Part shown: piece by piece, positions 46,077 through 58,100 of the stretch
Position numbering within the stretch: the first letter of the stretch is position 1
Layout of the letters: each line of letters starts with the position of its first letter
NCBI GenBank assembly: GCA_037447605.1
Contig: CM074812.1
Location: forward strand, 2,914,001-2,978,000
Reading direction: 5' to 3'
Source: Zygnema circumcarinatum SAG 698-1b
Lineage: Eukaryota; Plantae; Zygnematophyceae
Length of the DNA: 64,000 nucleotides
Notes under the pieces: generated by a model
The model's database searches: none
The model's input: the letters and a program-made list of their open reading frames with translations, nothing else
Told to the model about the DNA's origin: nothing
Translations under genes and position numbers: made by a program

Positions 46077-49000
46077 AGGGGGAGGGGGGAGGGGAGGGGA
46101 GGGGAGGGGAGGGGAGGGGAGGGGAGGGGGGAGGGGAGGGGGAGGGGAGGGGAGGGGAGGGGAGGGGAGGGGGAGGGGAGGGGAGGGGAGGGGAGGAGGG
46201 GAGGGGAGGGGAGGGGAAGGGAGGGGGAGGGGGGAGGGGAGGGGAGGGGAGGGGGGGAGGAGGGGGAGGGGAGGGGAGGGGGAGGAGGGAGGAGGGGAGG
46301 GGAGGGGGATGGGGAGGGGGGAGGGGAGGGGAGGGGAGGGGAGAGGGAGAGGGAGGAGAGAGGGAGAGGGAGAGGGAGAGGAGAGGGAGAGGGAGAGGGA
46401 GAGGGAGAGGGAGAGGGAGAGGGAGAGGGAGAGGAAAGGGAGGGGAGGGAGCCGTAGATGAGAGAAGGAGAAGGGAGAGGGACGGAAGAGAGAAAGGAGA
46501 GGGGAGAAACAGAGGTGAGAGGGAGTGGAGAGAGGGACAAGGGGAATGAGAGAGAGAGGGGAAGGTGGAGGAGGTGATGAGAGTGGGAGAGACAAGAGCG
46601 ACGGACGGGAGCGAGGGAGTGGGGAAAGAAGTGGGTGAAAGAGGTGACAAAAGAAACGAGAGAGACAGAGAGAGAGAGAGGAAAGAGGCCCGGGGAGAGG
46701 AGGGAGGGGCAAGGTCGAGATAGGTGATGGGAAAGGAAGAAGAAAGAGCGAGGGGGAGGGAGACGGGCAGGGAGGGATAGCAGAAGGAAGCGAGATTGTG
46801 AGAGGGAGTGGGAGACCGAGCAACGCAGATGGAGAGAGAGAGTGAAGGAGAGTGAAATAGAGATAGAGAGGGAGAGAGAGAGAGAGAAGGAGATGGCAGA
46901 GAGAGAGAGAGGGAGAGAGGGAAAGAGAAAGAGAGAGAGGAAACTTAGTAACTTAGTGAACCTTATCAATTTAAGAAAGAAAGAGTGCTTAGAACAGCTT
47001 GTGAGCTGACTCACGGTCGTAGACAGTCCTATTCCCAAAATCTAAGGAAAAAAAACAGCCATCGTCTCTCTCTCTCTCCCCTCCCTCTCTCTTCCCCTTC
47101 TACCCACTTTTATCATCCTTCTTTTTTCTTTTTCTTTTTTACCCACCTGCACATTTCCGATCCCCAAAGCCGTCATTGCTTCTGCACACGCAGAGTTTCC
47201 CGAAAGTTGATGCAGAACTTGAAGGCAGCTCAGACGAATCTTCTCCTGAGCACTCACTCCCTCCTCTCTCCCCCTCTCTCCCTCTCCCTCTCCCTCTCCC
47301 TCTCCCTCTCCCTCTCCCTCTCCCTCTCCCTCCCTCCTTCCTCCCCTCTCCTACTCCTCCCTCTCCCTCCTTCCTCCCCTCTCCCACTCCCGCTCCGTCT
47401 CCCTCCCCCTCTCCCTCTCCCTCCTTCCTCTCTCTCCCTCTCTCCGCCACTACCACCTCCCTCCTTTCCGACATAACTCGCCGATGCCCTTCATTAGCCA
47501 TAGCTGCTACCAACTTTGGAATATACCCCAAATGTGCCACGTGTCCAGCCAGCATTGGCTGAACTCTAAGCAGAGCAACGAGAGCTGCCGCTAATAGTAA
47601 AGGCAATTCCGTCCCTTCCGACCCAAAATTTTCAGCCTGCCCGGCTGTTCGGGCAGCCGCTGCCGCCGAAACAAACTGGTCCAATAAACCCTCCAAAAAC
47701 CTCTTTGGGTTTCTAAGGGGGTAAGTTGGGTCCTTTAAAAATCTCCTTACATAGACTCCCCCTACTTGGGGCTCATCTTTGAAATTATTTTCCCCTTCCA
47801 AAAACTTAAACTTTCCCGTTCCCTTTCCTCTCTCTCTCTGTGCCTCTCCCACCTCTCCCTCTCCCTCTCTCTCTCCTCCCTTCTTCTTACATATATCCTC
47901 TGCCAAAATTTCGAGTTTTTCTCCCAAAGAAGAAGCCATAGAAGCAGACCATACGAGTTCCGGAGTTTCCGAATTTCGGCCGAGTGACGTCACAACTGCT
48001 TCTGGGGGTCCGTCGCGTATAACGGAAACGAGTCCTTCCGGAAGGAATCGGGCCAATGAGATCGCGACACGTGGCCCATTCCGTGGCTCCGTTATCAGTT
48101 TCCAGAGAATCGCAGCAGCAGCGACCTTTTGTTGATGGGGAACGTCTGCAACTCATGGAACCTCAGTTCAGTTCAGTTCAGTTCAATCCTAATCCCTTTG
48201 TTTGTTTTTTTTTCCTTCTTTTTTCAGCTTTTGTGGAGCATGGGAAGGAAGTTTTAAGTATATGTTGCACTGAAATTAGATTTTACGTCAAATTATTTAA
48301 TCCAATTTAAGGCTGCTTCCATTATTTTGTAGAAACACGCACCTTTTCTGCAAAGCATCAACTTGAATAGAGGGACAGAAGAGAGGGAGAGGACGTGAGA
48401 GAGGGAGCGGGAGAGGAAGAGGGGGAGGGGACGAGGGAGGGGGGGGAGGTGGAGACGGGGAGGGAGAGGAAAAGGGAGGGAGAAGGAGAGAGAGAGTGGG
48501 AGAGAATGAAAGACAAGTCGAGGAGAGGGGTCTCTCTCTCTCTCACTCTGTTTCCCTCTTCTCCTCTCCCTCACTCCCTTTCTAGTGTACCCTATGCACC
48601 CACCTAAACCACCTCCACCATTCCCACTCCTACATCTCTCTTTACAATCTCTTAGAACTCTTTCTCCCCAACCCCCTCTCCTCTTTCCTCTCCGTCCCTC
48701 CTCTTCTGTTTCATTCCCCCACCTCCCTTTCCGTTAATCCTGAAACCTGCCGTTCCGTTCCGTTATGTTCCGTTCCGTTTCGTTCCGTTCCGTTGTAGAG
48801 AACAGTTCTATGCTTACCTTGTACGGAGACGAGCAGTTGCAGGAGGCAGACCACTGCGCTCTGATTGGCTGCCGCCGCCGCCAACTCCTGCGACCCCGCG
48901 AGGGCGTGGAGGACCTTCAGAGTGGCGGACCTGCAGGAAATGTAGGGACAACAATTGAGAGAGAGAGAGAGAGAGAGAGTGGAAGAGAGAGAGCGAGAAA

Positions 49001-49283
49001 GGGGGGGGAGGGGGGAGAGAGAGAGAGGGGAGTGAGGGAGAGAGAGAGGGAGGGGGAAGAGAGAGAGAGGGGGGAAGAAAGAGAGTGAGAGGAGAGAGAG
49101 GGGGAAGGGGGGAGAGGGAGAGGGGGGGGGAGTGATGGAGAGAGAAAGGGGAGAGAGTGAGAGAGAAGATAGAGAGAAGGGGGGAGGAGGGGAGATAGAG
49201 AGAAGGGGCGGAGAAAGGGAGAGAGAGAGGGGGGAGAGATAGAGGGGAAGAGAGAGAGAGAGGGGAGAGAGGGGGAGAGAGAA

Positions 49284-49314
<31 letters not shown>

Positions 49315-51770
49315 GGAGAGGGAAGAGAGAGGGAGGGGAGAAGAAAGAGGGAGAGAGAGGGGAGAGAGAGAGGAGAGAGAGAGTGGGGGAGGGGGGGAGA
49401 GAGAGTGGGGGGGAGAAAGATGGAGGAGGAAGGGGAGAGAGTGAGAGAGAGGAGAGAGAGAAGGGGGGAGGAGGGGAGATAGAGAGGAGGGGCGGAGAAA
49501 GCGAGAGAGAGAGGGGGGAGAGATAGAGGGGAAGAGAGAGAGTGGGGAGAGAGGGGGAGAGAGAAAGAGAGAGAGAGGAGAGAGAGAGAGGGAGAGGGAA
49601 GAGAGAGGGAGGGGGGAAGAAAGAGGGAGAGAGAGGAGAGAGAGAGAGAGTGGGGAGGGGGGAGAGAGAGGGGGGGAGAGAGAGGGAGAGGAAGAGAGAG
49701 AGAGGAGAGAGAGGAGAGAGAAGGGGGGAGGAGGGGAGATAGAGAGAAGGGGCGGAGAAAGGGAGAGAGAGAGAGGGGAGAGATAGAGGGGGAAGAGAGA
49801 GAGAGGAGAGAGAGAGAGAGAGGGAGGGGGGAGAGAGGGAGAGAGGTGACAGAAAGAGGGAGAGAGAGGGGAAAGAGAGGCGGACGAAAGAGAGCGCGAG
49901 AGAGGGAGGGACGCGGGGAGAGAGAGGGAGAAAGAGGGAGAGAGAGAGAGAGGGAAGAGAGAGAGAGAGACCTGTGGGAGGGCGCTATGTGCAGCATCTG
50001 CAGCAGCAGGCGGAGTCTCCCTCTGTCCGCTACCATTCCCTCCACACACGGAGCGTGCTGAGTGAGGCGAGAGAGGACTCCCAACGCTGTCTCTGTCACG
50101 GTTCCATGTGCCGCCTCCGTTTCCGTTAAACAGTCGAACAACGGAGACATGAATTCCGTTGAAGCCAACAAAGAGGCCAAAGTGGGCACCGAAGTGATCA
50201 CGTTCTGTGGAACACGAAAGAAAAAAATAAGAAAAAAATAAGAAAATGAGAAAAGAGAGGAGGAAAAGAAAAGGCAAGGAAAACAAGTTTTTTCTGTTAT
50301 TATTATTGTTATATGCCTATTTTCATTTCACTTTTCTTCGTACTGCATGTTCTTCGTCATCCATTTTTGCCTTTTTGTTGTTTAAATATAATGAATTGTT
50401 CATTTATTTTGATTGAGGGAGCGAGGAAGACACAAGGGAAGACCGAAACAAGGGGGGGGAAGAGGGGAGAGAGAGAGAGGGGGGGAAGAAAGGGAGAGAG
50501 AGAGAGAGGGGAGAGAGTGCGGGGGAAGAGAGAGAGAGAAAGAGGGGAGAGAGAGAGGGGGAAGAGAGAAAGAGGGAAGGGAAGAGAGAGAGAGAGGGGG
50601 CAGAAAGAGGGAGAGAGAGAGAAGGGAGAGAGAGGGGGAAGAGAGAGAGAGAGGGAGAAAGAGGGAGAGAGAGCGAGGCCGTTGGGCTCGCAATACAGTT
50701 CTGTAATGTGTGTAAAACCCCTAAACCCAAAAACCCTAACCCCTAATGCTTGTAGAAGTTGAGGCATAGCTCTGCTCTTAATTTCATAATGCCCAGACTC
50801 AGAATTGTCCTAAATAAAGGGTTCAGATTCAAATATAAAAAGAGAACCGGAAACTCAGAAACCGGAAAACGAAAACTGAAAGGGAAAGAAAAAAATGGAA
50901 AGGATGGGAAGTGACCTGAAGAGACAAAAGTGCCATTTTCAGTTTCTCGTCTTCTTCTGAAAATTGATCCCGAATTGCCCTCTCCTGCTTCCTCCCTCCC
51001 CCCCCTCCTCCCTCCTCCCAGTCTTCGGGAATTTTGAACCCAAATTCAAATTCCGAATTTTCATTTTCCCCTTCACCCTCTCCCTCTCCCTCTTCCTCTC
51101 TCTCTCCCTCTCCCTCTCCCTCTCCCTCTCCCTCTCTCTCCCCTCCTCTCTCCCCTCTTGCCACTCCATGTGTCGCCGTTTCTGTTCCACTCGACGACAT
51201 AAACGAACGGTCCAGATCAGATCCTGTGACGGCTTCGTTCGGATCTTGTTCGATCTCAACCATTGATTTGTGCTTCTTCTTTTTCCGCCTGTTTTCAAAG
51301 TTTTCTGAGATATATTTGACTAAAGCTAGACAGAAATTTTCCGAATTACTGAGTTCGAAATCGGGCTGCTGGTTGTAGATTCTAAGATACACATCCCCCA
51401 CCTGCAGGAAAAAAAGGAAAAAGAAAAGGAGGGCGGGGGGGGGGGAAGATAGGGAGAGAAGAGATAGGGAGGGAGGGAGAGAAGTGATGGGGGAAAGGGA
51501 GAGAACTCCCAGGGGGGGGAGCGAGAAGAGATAGAGGGAGAGAGAAGAGGTAGGGGAGGAGGGAAGAAGACGAGGCAAGGGAGAAAGAGAGAGAAGAGAT
51601 GGGGAGTAAAAAGTGTCTTAAGTTCAAAATAAGGAGAATTCACAGTTTGTTTGCATTACAAAGGAAGCATTGCTTCATTGGCACAATTGGAAACTAGAGA
51701 GGGCAGGGAGGAAGGGGGAGGGAGAGGCCAGACGAGAGGGAGAGGGGAAAGCAACTGAGAAAGAAAGAGC

Positions 51771-51821
<51 letters not shown>

Positions 51822-52097
51822 CAAAACCAACAGTGAGAAAACAACGGCGAGAGAAAACGAGAGTGGGAGAATGAAGGCGAGAGGGAGGGAGTGAGAGGTA
51901 GAGATGGGCGGAGAGAGAGGGGAGGAGAGGGACAGACAGAACGAGTGAGAGAGAGAGAGGGGACAGAACCAACAGAGTGGGAACACCCACGAGAGAGGGG
52001 GAGCAACCAAGAGGAAAAGTGGGAGTGGAGAGGGAGGGGGAGACAGAGGAGGAGGGACAGACGGACAGAGAGAGTGGGAAGGGGGAGAGAGAGAGGC

Positions 52098-52187
<90 letters not shown>

Positions 52188-55100
52188 GAGCTTGTATTTC
52201 ATGCTTCTCTCACCTGCAGCTCCTTCTTCAGAGACTCGTAGTGGAATCCTTTTGCCGGTTCCATGTCGAAAGTTCCGTCAGGCTGCCTCCGACTCCGTTG
52301 CTCGTCCACGAAACTGAGCAGCTCCGCCCTTGTAGAGCCGTTCCATATAACCTGAAATGAAAAAAATAAAAAAATATAAATAAAAACATAACAATAAAAA
52401 TAGTAATAATAAAAGAATACAGTGAGGGACCGACAGTCATGGCTTTACTTACTAAAATTAAAGAGGAGGAGGATAAAAAAGGAGAAGAGAAAGGAAGAGA
52501 GTAAGAAAGGAGAGGGGAAGGAGGATGGGAGAGGGGTCGAGCGGGAGGGAGGGAGGGTGAGTGGGAGGGAGGGTGAGAGGGAGGGAGGGTGAGAGGGAGG
52601 GAGGGTGAGAGGGAGGGAGGGTGAGAGGTGAGAGGGAGGGAGGGTGAGAGGGAGGGAGGGAGAGGGTGAGAGAGGTAGGGTGAGAGCGAGTGGGAGGGTG
52701 AGAGGGAGGGAGAGTGAGAGGGAGGGAGGGTGGAGGGAGGGTGAGAGGGAGGGAGGGTGAGTCGGAGGGAGGGTGAGTCGGAGGGAGGGTGAGAGGGAGG
52801 GAGAGTGAGAGGGAGGGAGGGTGAGAGGGAGGGAGGGTGAGAGGGAGGGAGGGTGAGAGGGAGGGAGGGTGAGAGGGAGGGAGGGTGAGTGGGAGGGAGG
52901 GTGAGAGGGAGGGAGGGTGAGAGGAAGGGAGGGTGAGAGGGAGGGAGGGTGAGAGGGAGGGAGGGTGAGAGGGAGGGAGGGTGAGAGGGAGGGAGGGTGA
53001 GTGGGAGGGAGGGTGAGAGGGAGGGAGGGTGAGAGGGAGGGAGAGTGAGAGGGAGGGAGGGTGAGAGGGAGGGAGGGTGAGAGGGAGGGAGGGTGAGAGG
53101 GAGGAGGAGGGTGAGGAGGGAGGGAGGGTGAGTGGGAGGGAGGGTGAGAGGGAGGGAGGGTGAGAGGAAGGGAGGGTGAGAGGGAGGGAGGGAGGGAGGG
53201 AGGGTGAGAGGGAGGGAGGGTGAGAGGGAGGGAGGGTGAGAGGGAGGGAGGGTGAGAAGGGACGGAGAAGGGGAGAATGGAGAGGTGTGAGGTAGGAAGG
53301 GAAGGGAATTGCCGGAGATGGAAGGAGATATATGGTACGGTGAGATAACTTTCATATAAGCAAGCGAGAGAGGACCCAAAACGTACGAAAAATAGACAAT
53401 AATGAATCCGAAAAAAACGAAACGACTAAAGAAATCAACACAAACCAACAATGAAACTAAATGCCATAAGCATAAACAAATACATATATTTAAAAAAAAA
53501 AATATCCCACTTACCTCAGGAGTCTCCATAGACGAATTGAGGAATTTGAGAACCACTAGTGGCTCGCCCTCTCTCACCATCGAAGCCAGTTTTGGGGTCA
53601 AAAGGGCCCTCAATGCAGCCATATGGCTTCCGCACTCACACCTCTCTCTCCCTCTACCTCTCCCTTTCCCTCTCCCTCCCCCACTCCCACTCCCTCTCCC
53701 ACTCCCTCTACTGCACTCTCCCGCTCCGTTTCGTCCTTTTGTCCAGCGAGTCGTCCGAGCCCCCTTACCGCCAACACTGCATGACGATTTCGAGCAGTTT
53801 GAATGCTCTCCCGAACTCCGGGAGAGGGAGAGGGAGAGGGAGAGGGAGAGGGGAAAGATTCGGGAGGAGGAGAGGGAGGGGTGTTCCTTTCCGCGGTAGA
53901 GTCAAATTGTAGGAGGAGAGGGAGAAGGTACCTGGAGGGGGAGAGAGAGAGAGAGGGGGGGGGGGGGGAGTGAGTTTGGGAGGAGAAAGAATGGGGGGAG
54001 AGGGAGATTGGATTGTGAGCTTTTCGGAGTAGAGTGGGAGTTATCTGAGAAGGAGGGGGGAGGAGAGGGAGGGAGAGGGAGGGAGAGGGAGGGAGAGGGA
54101 GGGGAGAGGGAGGGAGAGGAAGGGAGAGAGAGATGGCATTGTGGCTCATTTCTGAAGCGGAATTCAAAAGCAGGAAAGGGACGTATCAGAGTGAGAGTGG
54201 GAGAGAGAAAGTGAGAGGGAGGGAGGGTGAGAGGGAGGGAGGGTGAGAGGGAGGGAGGGTGAGAGGGAGGGAGGGTGAGAGGGAGCGAGGGTGAGTGGGA
54301 GGGAGGGTGAGAGGGAGGGAGGGTGAGTGGGAGGGAGGGTGAGAGGGAGGGAGGGTGAGAGGAGGGAGGGTGAGAGGGAGGGAGGGTGAGAGGGAGGGAG
54401 GGTGAGAGGGAGGGTGAGAGGAAGGGAGGGAGAGAGGGAGGGAGGGTGAGAGGGAGGGAGGGTGAGAGGGAGGGAGGGTGAGAGGGAGGGAGGGTGAGAG
54501 GGAGGGACGGAGAAGGGGGGGAGAATGGAGAGGTGTGAGGTAGGAAGGGAAGGGAATTGCCGGAGATGGAAGGAGATATATGGTACGGTGAGATAACTTT
54601 CATATAAGCAAGCGAGAGAGGACCCAAAACGTACGAAAAATAGACAATAATGAATCCGAAAAAAACGAAACGACTAAAGAAATCAACACAAACCAACAAT
54701 GAAACTAAATGCCATAAGCATAAACAAATACATATATTTAAAAAAAAAAATATCCCACTTACCTCAGGAGTCTCCATAGACGAATTGAGGAATTTGAGAA
54801 CCACTAGTGGCTCGCCCTCTCTCACCATCGAAGCCAGTTTTGGGGTCAAAAGGGCCCTCAATGCAGCCATGGCTTCCGCACTCACACCTCTCTCTCCCTC
54901 TACCTCTCCCTTTCCCTCTCCCTCCCCCACTCCCACTCCCTCTCCCACTCCCTCTACTGCACTCTCCCGCTCCGTTTCGTCCTTTTGTCCAGCGAGTCGT
55001 CCGAGCCCCCTTACCGCCAACACTGCATGACGATTTCGAGCAGTTTGAATGCTCTCCCGAACTCCGGGAGAGGGAGAGGGAGAGGGAGAGGGAGAGGGGA

Positions 55101-58100
55101 AAGATTCGGGAGGAGGAGAGGGAGGGGTGTTCCTTTCCGCGGTAGAGTCAAATTGTAGGAGGAGAGGGAGAAGGTACCTGGAGGGGGAGAGAGAGAGAGA
55201 GGGGGGGGGGGGGGAGTGAGTTTGGGAGGAGAAAGAATGGGGGGAGAGGGAGATTGGATTGTGAGCTTTTCGGAGTAGAGTGGGAGTTATCTGAGAAGGA
55301 GGGGGGAGGAGAGGGAGGGAGAGGGAGGGAGAGGGAGGGAGAGGGAGGGGAGAGGGAGGGAGAGGAAGGGGAGAGAGAGATGGCATTGTGGCTCATTTCT
55401 GAAGCGGAATTCAAAAGCAGGAAAGGGACGTATCAGAGTGAGAGTGGGAGAGAGAAAGTGAGAGGGAGGAGGGGTGATGTAGAACGAGAGAGGAAGGAAT
55501 ATATGATGGTGAGGAAGGAGGAGAGGGAGAGAGTGGAAGGGGCGAGAGAGAGATGGGGGAATTCAGAGGTGAGGGGAGACAGGATAGTGGGAGAGAGAGA
55601 AAGGCAAGGGAGGGACAAAAAAGCCTAAACGTTCTAAAAAAAGAATGAGAATTCTCAATAACAGCCCCTAAACCAATCCCCAAAAAAATAGCAAAGATAT
55701 CTTCAATTCTCATAAACTCCAAATAACCAATATTTTAAATAAGTTTCAATTTTAGGCAAATTTTCTCTTCACCTCACAAAAGCATGTTCAGTTTTATTTT
55801 CTTTTTATTTTCCTGTATTGCATATTTTCATAATTTTACTTTACCAGAAAGCTCCCACAGCCAGTAGCCTTTTCTTCAGCTCCTCATTGCTTGCCAGCTG
55901 TCCCACTACCATTAGCCCTGCCTCCACTGCTGACGTGGCATATGCCAGCTCAGCACAGTTCACAACATCCATCACCATTCCCGGGCAGCCCAAAATTTCC
56001 TTTTGAGCGTTTCGAAATTTTCCCAATTCCGAAAGTGTTCGCATTACATTGGTTACGATCACAACCGCCGCCTCTTGTGGGGCAGTCTCGGGTTGAACCA
56101 CTCCCATACAGCGAGAGAGGAGAGAGGAAAGGAGAGGGATACCACCACTACGAACGAGCTCTTCTCCGTTGAGGGAGGAGGAACGGCAACTGCGGGAGGG
56201 GAGAGAGGGAGAGGGGGAGGGGAGGGGAGGGGGAGGGGAGGGGGAGGGGGAGGGGAGGGGGAGGGGAGGGGAGGGGAGGGGAGGGGAGGGGAGGGGAGGG
56301 GAGGGGAGGGGAGGGGGGGGCGGGATTAGAATTCAGAATTTGGGATATTGGGATATAGGAGGTTAACGGATTTTTTTTGAGACCTTGAAGTTTTAACCTT
56401 TTTTGGATCGTACATTTTTTCAAGTGTTCTAGTGTGAAGTGTTCAATGGAGAGAGAAGAAAGCACGAGAGAGAGAGGGAGGGGAAGTTGGTAGACGAGAG
56501 AGGAGGAACGGGGACACGCAGAGCAAGCTGCAAGAGTGAGGGGCAGTGGACGAGACATGCAAGGTGGTAGAGAAGGAGGAGGAGCCGCGCAACGGGAGCA
56601 GAAACAGAGTAGAGGAAGAGACACAAACAGAAATAGCCAGAGAGTGAGAGAGAGAGAGAAACAGACAGAGCGAGAGAGTGACAGGGGGAGAGAGAGCCAC
56701 AAACACACAGCCTTACGTCAGCCAGATGAGCTCCGTCGCCGCTTCCAACAAGGGTGCTCTCTCCTGACTGAGAAAGTCCAAGTCCTCTCCCACCCCCTCC
56801 CTCAGCCTTGCCGCTTCAAGCAGGGGGCCATAGCCCGCGTACTTAAAGGGAGAGAGGGCGGAGTGGCAGCGGCGGAAGAGGATGGCCTGAGAGCGGAGGA
56901 GGAGGAGGAGTCGCCACCGCTGGGGACCCTGGAGGCCGTGGAGGGAGGCCTGAGGGAGGGAGAGGGAGAGGGAGGGAGAGGGAGGGAGGGAGGGAGGGAG
57001 GGAGGGAGGGAGGGTGAGGGAGGNNNNNNNNNNAGAGCGGGGGAGGGGGGGAAGGGAGGGAGGATGGGGGGGGAGGGAGGGAGCACAGGCGACGCAAGCG
57101 GGGGGGAAGCAAGAGGGGAGAAGGACATCGAGAACGGCGAGAGTGGGAGCGGGAGGAAAGGGGAGGGGAGGAAAGTTGGGGAGGGAGGGGGAGGGAGGAA
57201 AGGGAAGTGAACGGAACAGGACGGCAGGGAGCAGCGAGAACAAAGCGGAGAAGGCATTGGACGGAACGGAACAGAGAACAGAAAGAAAGAGAACACAAAA
57301 AAGAAGGAACAGCAACATGGAATCAGGAGGTCAGATCGAAAAGGTAGCCCAATTCGCACACCTCACTCTCTCTCCCACTCTCCTGCAGTAGCCTCTCTGT
57401 TTTGGCTCGCCTGACAGAACGGAACAGGAGGGCACAGAGAACGGAATGGACTAACAATCAGACTATCCATGACGCCAGTCTCTATGACTCCCTCCCACTC
57501 TCCTTCAGCTCCTCTTTCGCCCACTCACATTCCCTGTTCAAACTTGCTCCAAGGGCCTGCTCTCTCTCGCACCCCTCCAACCCTCCCCCTTCCCCCTCTC
57601 TCCCTCCCTCCCCATCTCTCCCGCACTTCCTCCTAACCGCTTGCGCTTATTTCAGAACTCTCTCCCTCTGACTCGCTCTCTGTCTCTCTTTCCCCCCTTC
57701 CTCTCCCCCTCTCTGCCTCTCCCCCCCCTTTTTCCCCTCCCAACTTTCTGTGTATCTCTCTCTCTTCCCAGTTTTGCTGAGCAGGAAAAAGGAAAGAGAA
57801 CATACTTGCAAGCACTCATAAGCTGTCTGTACGGCCAAAAATCGATCTCTTCCTTGAGGATTTTTGTCCGGATGAAATTTCATCGCCAATTTTCGATATT
57901 GCCGTTTTAAAACTTCCTCATCAATGCCCAGCTTTCCGCCTTTCTGAGCATCCCCTCCCCAATCTGTCTCCGGAATCGCCAAAAGAAAAGAAAAGAAAAA
58001 GGCGATACTGTGAACAAAGTACAGATCTGCATACAAACTCTTTGAAACATGCAAACACTAGATTTTATACATTATACATTGTTAAGGGTCATAGTTCCAA

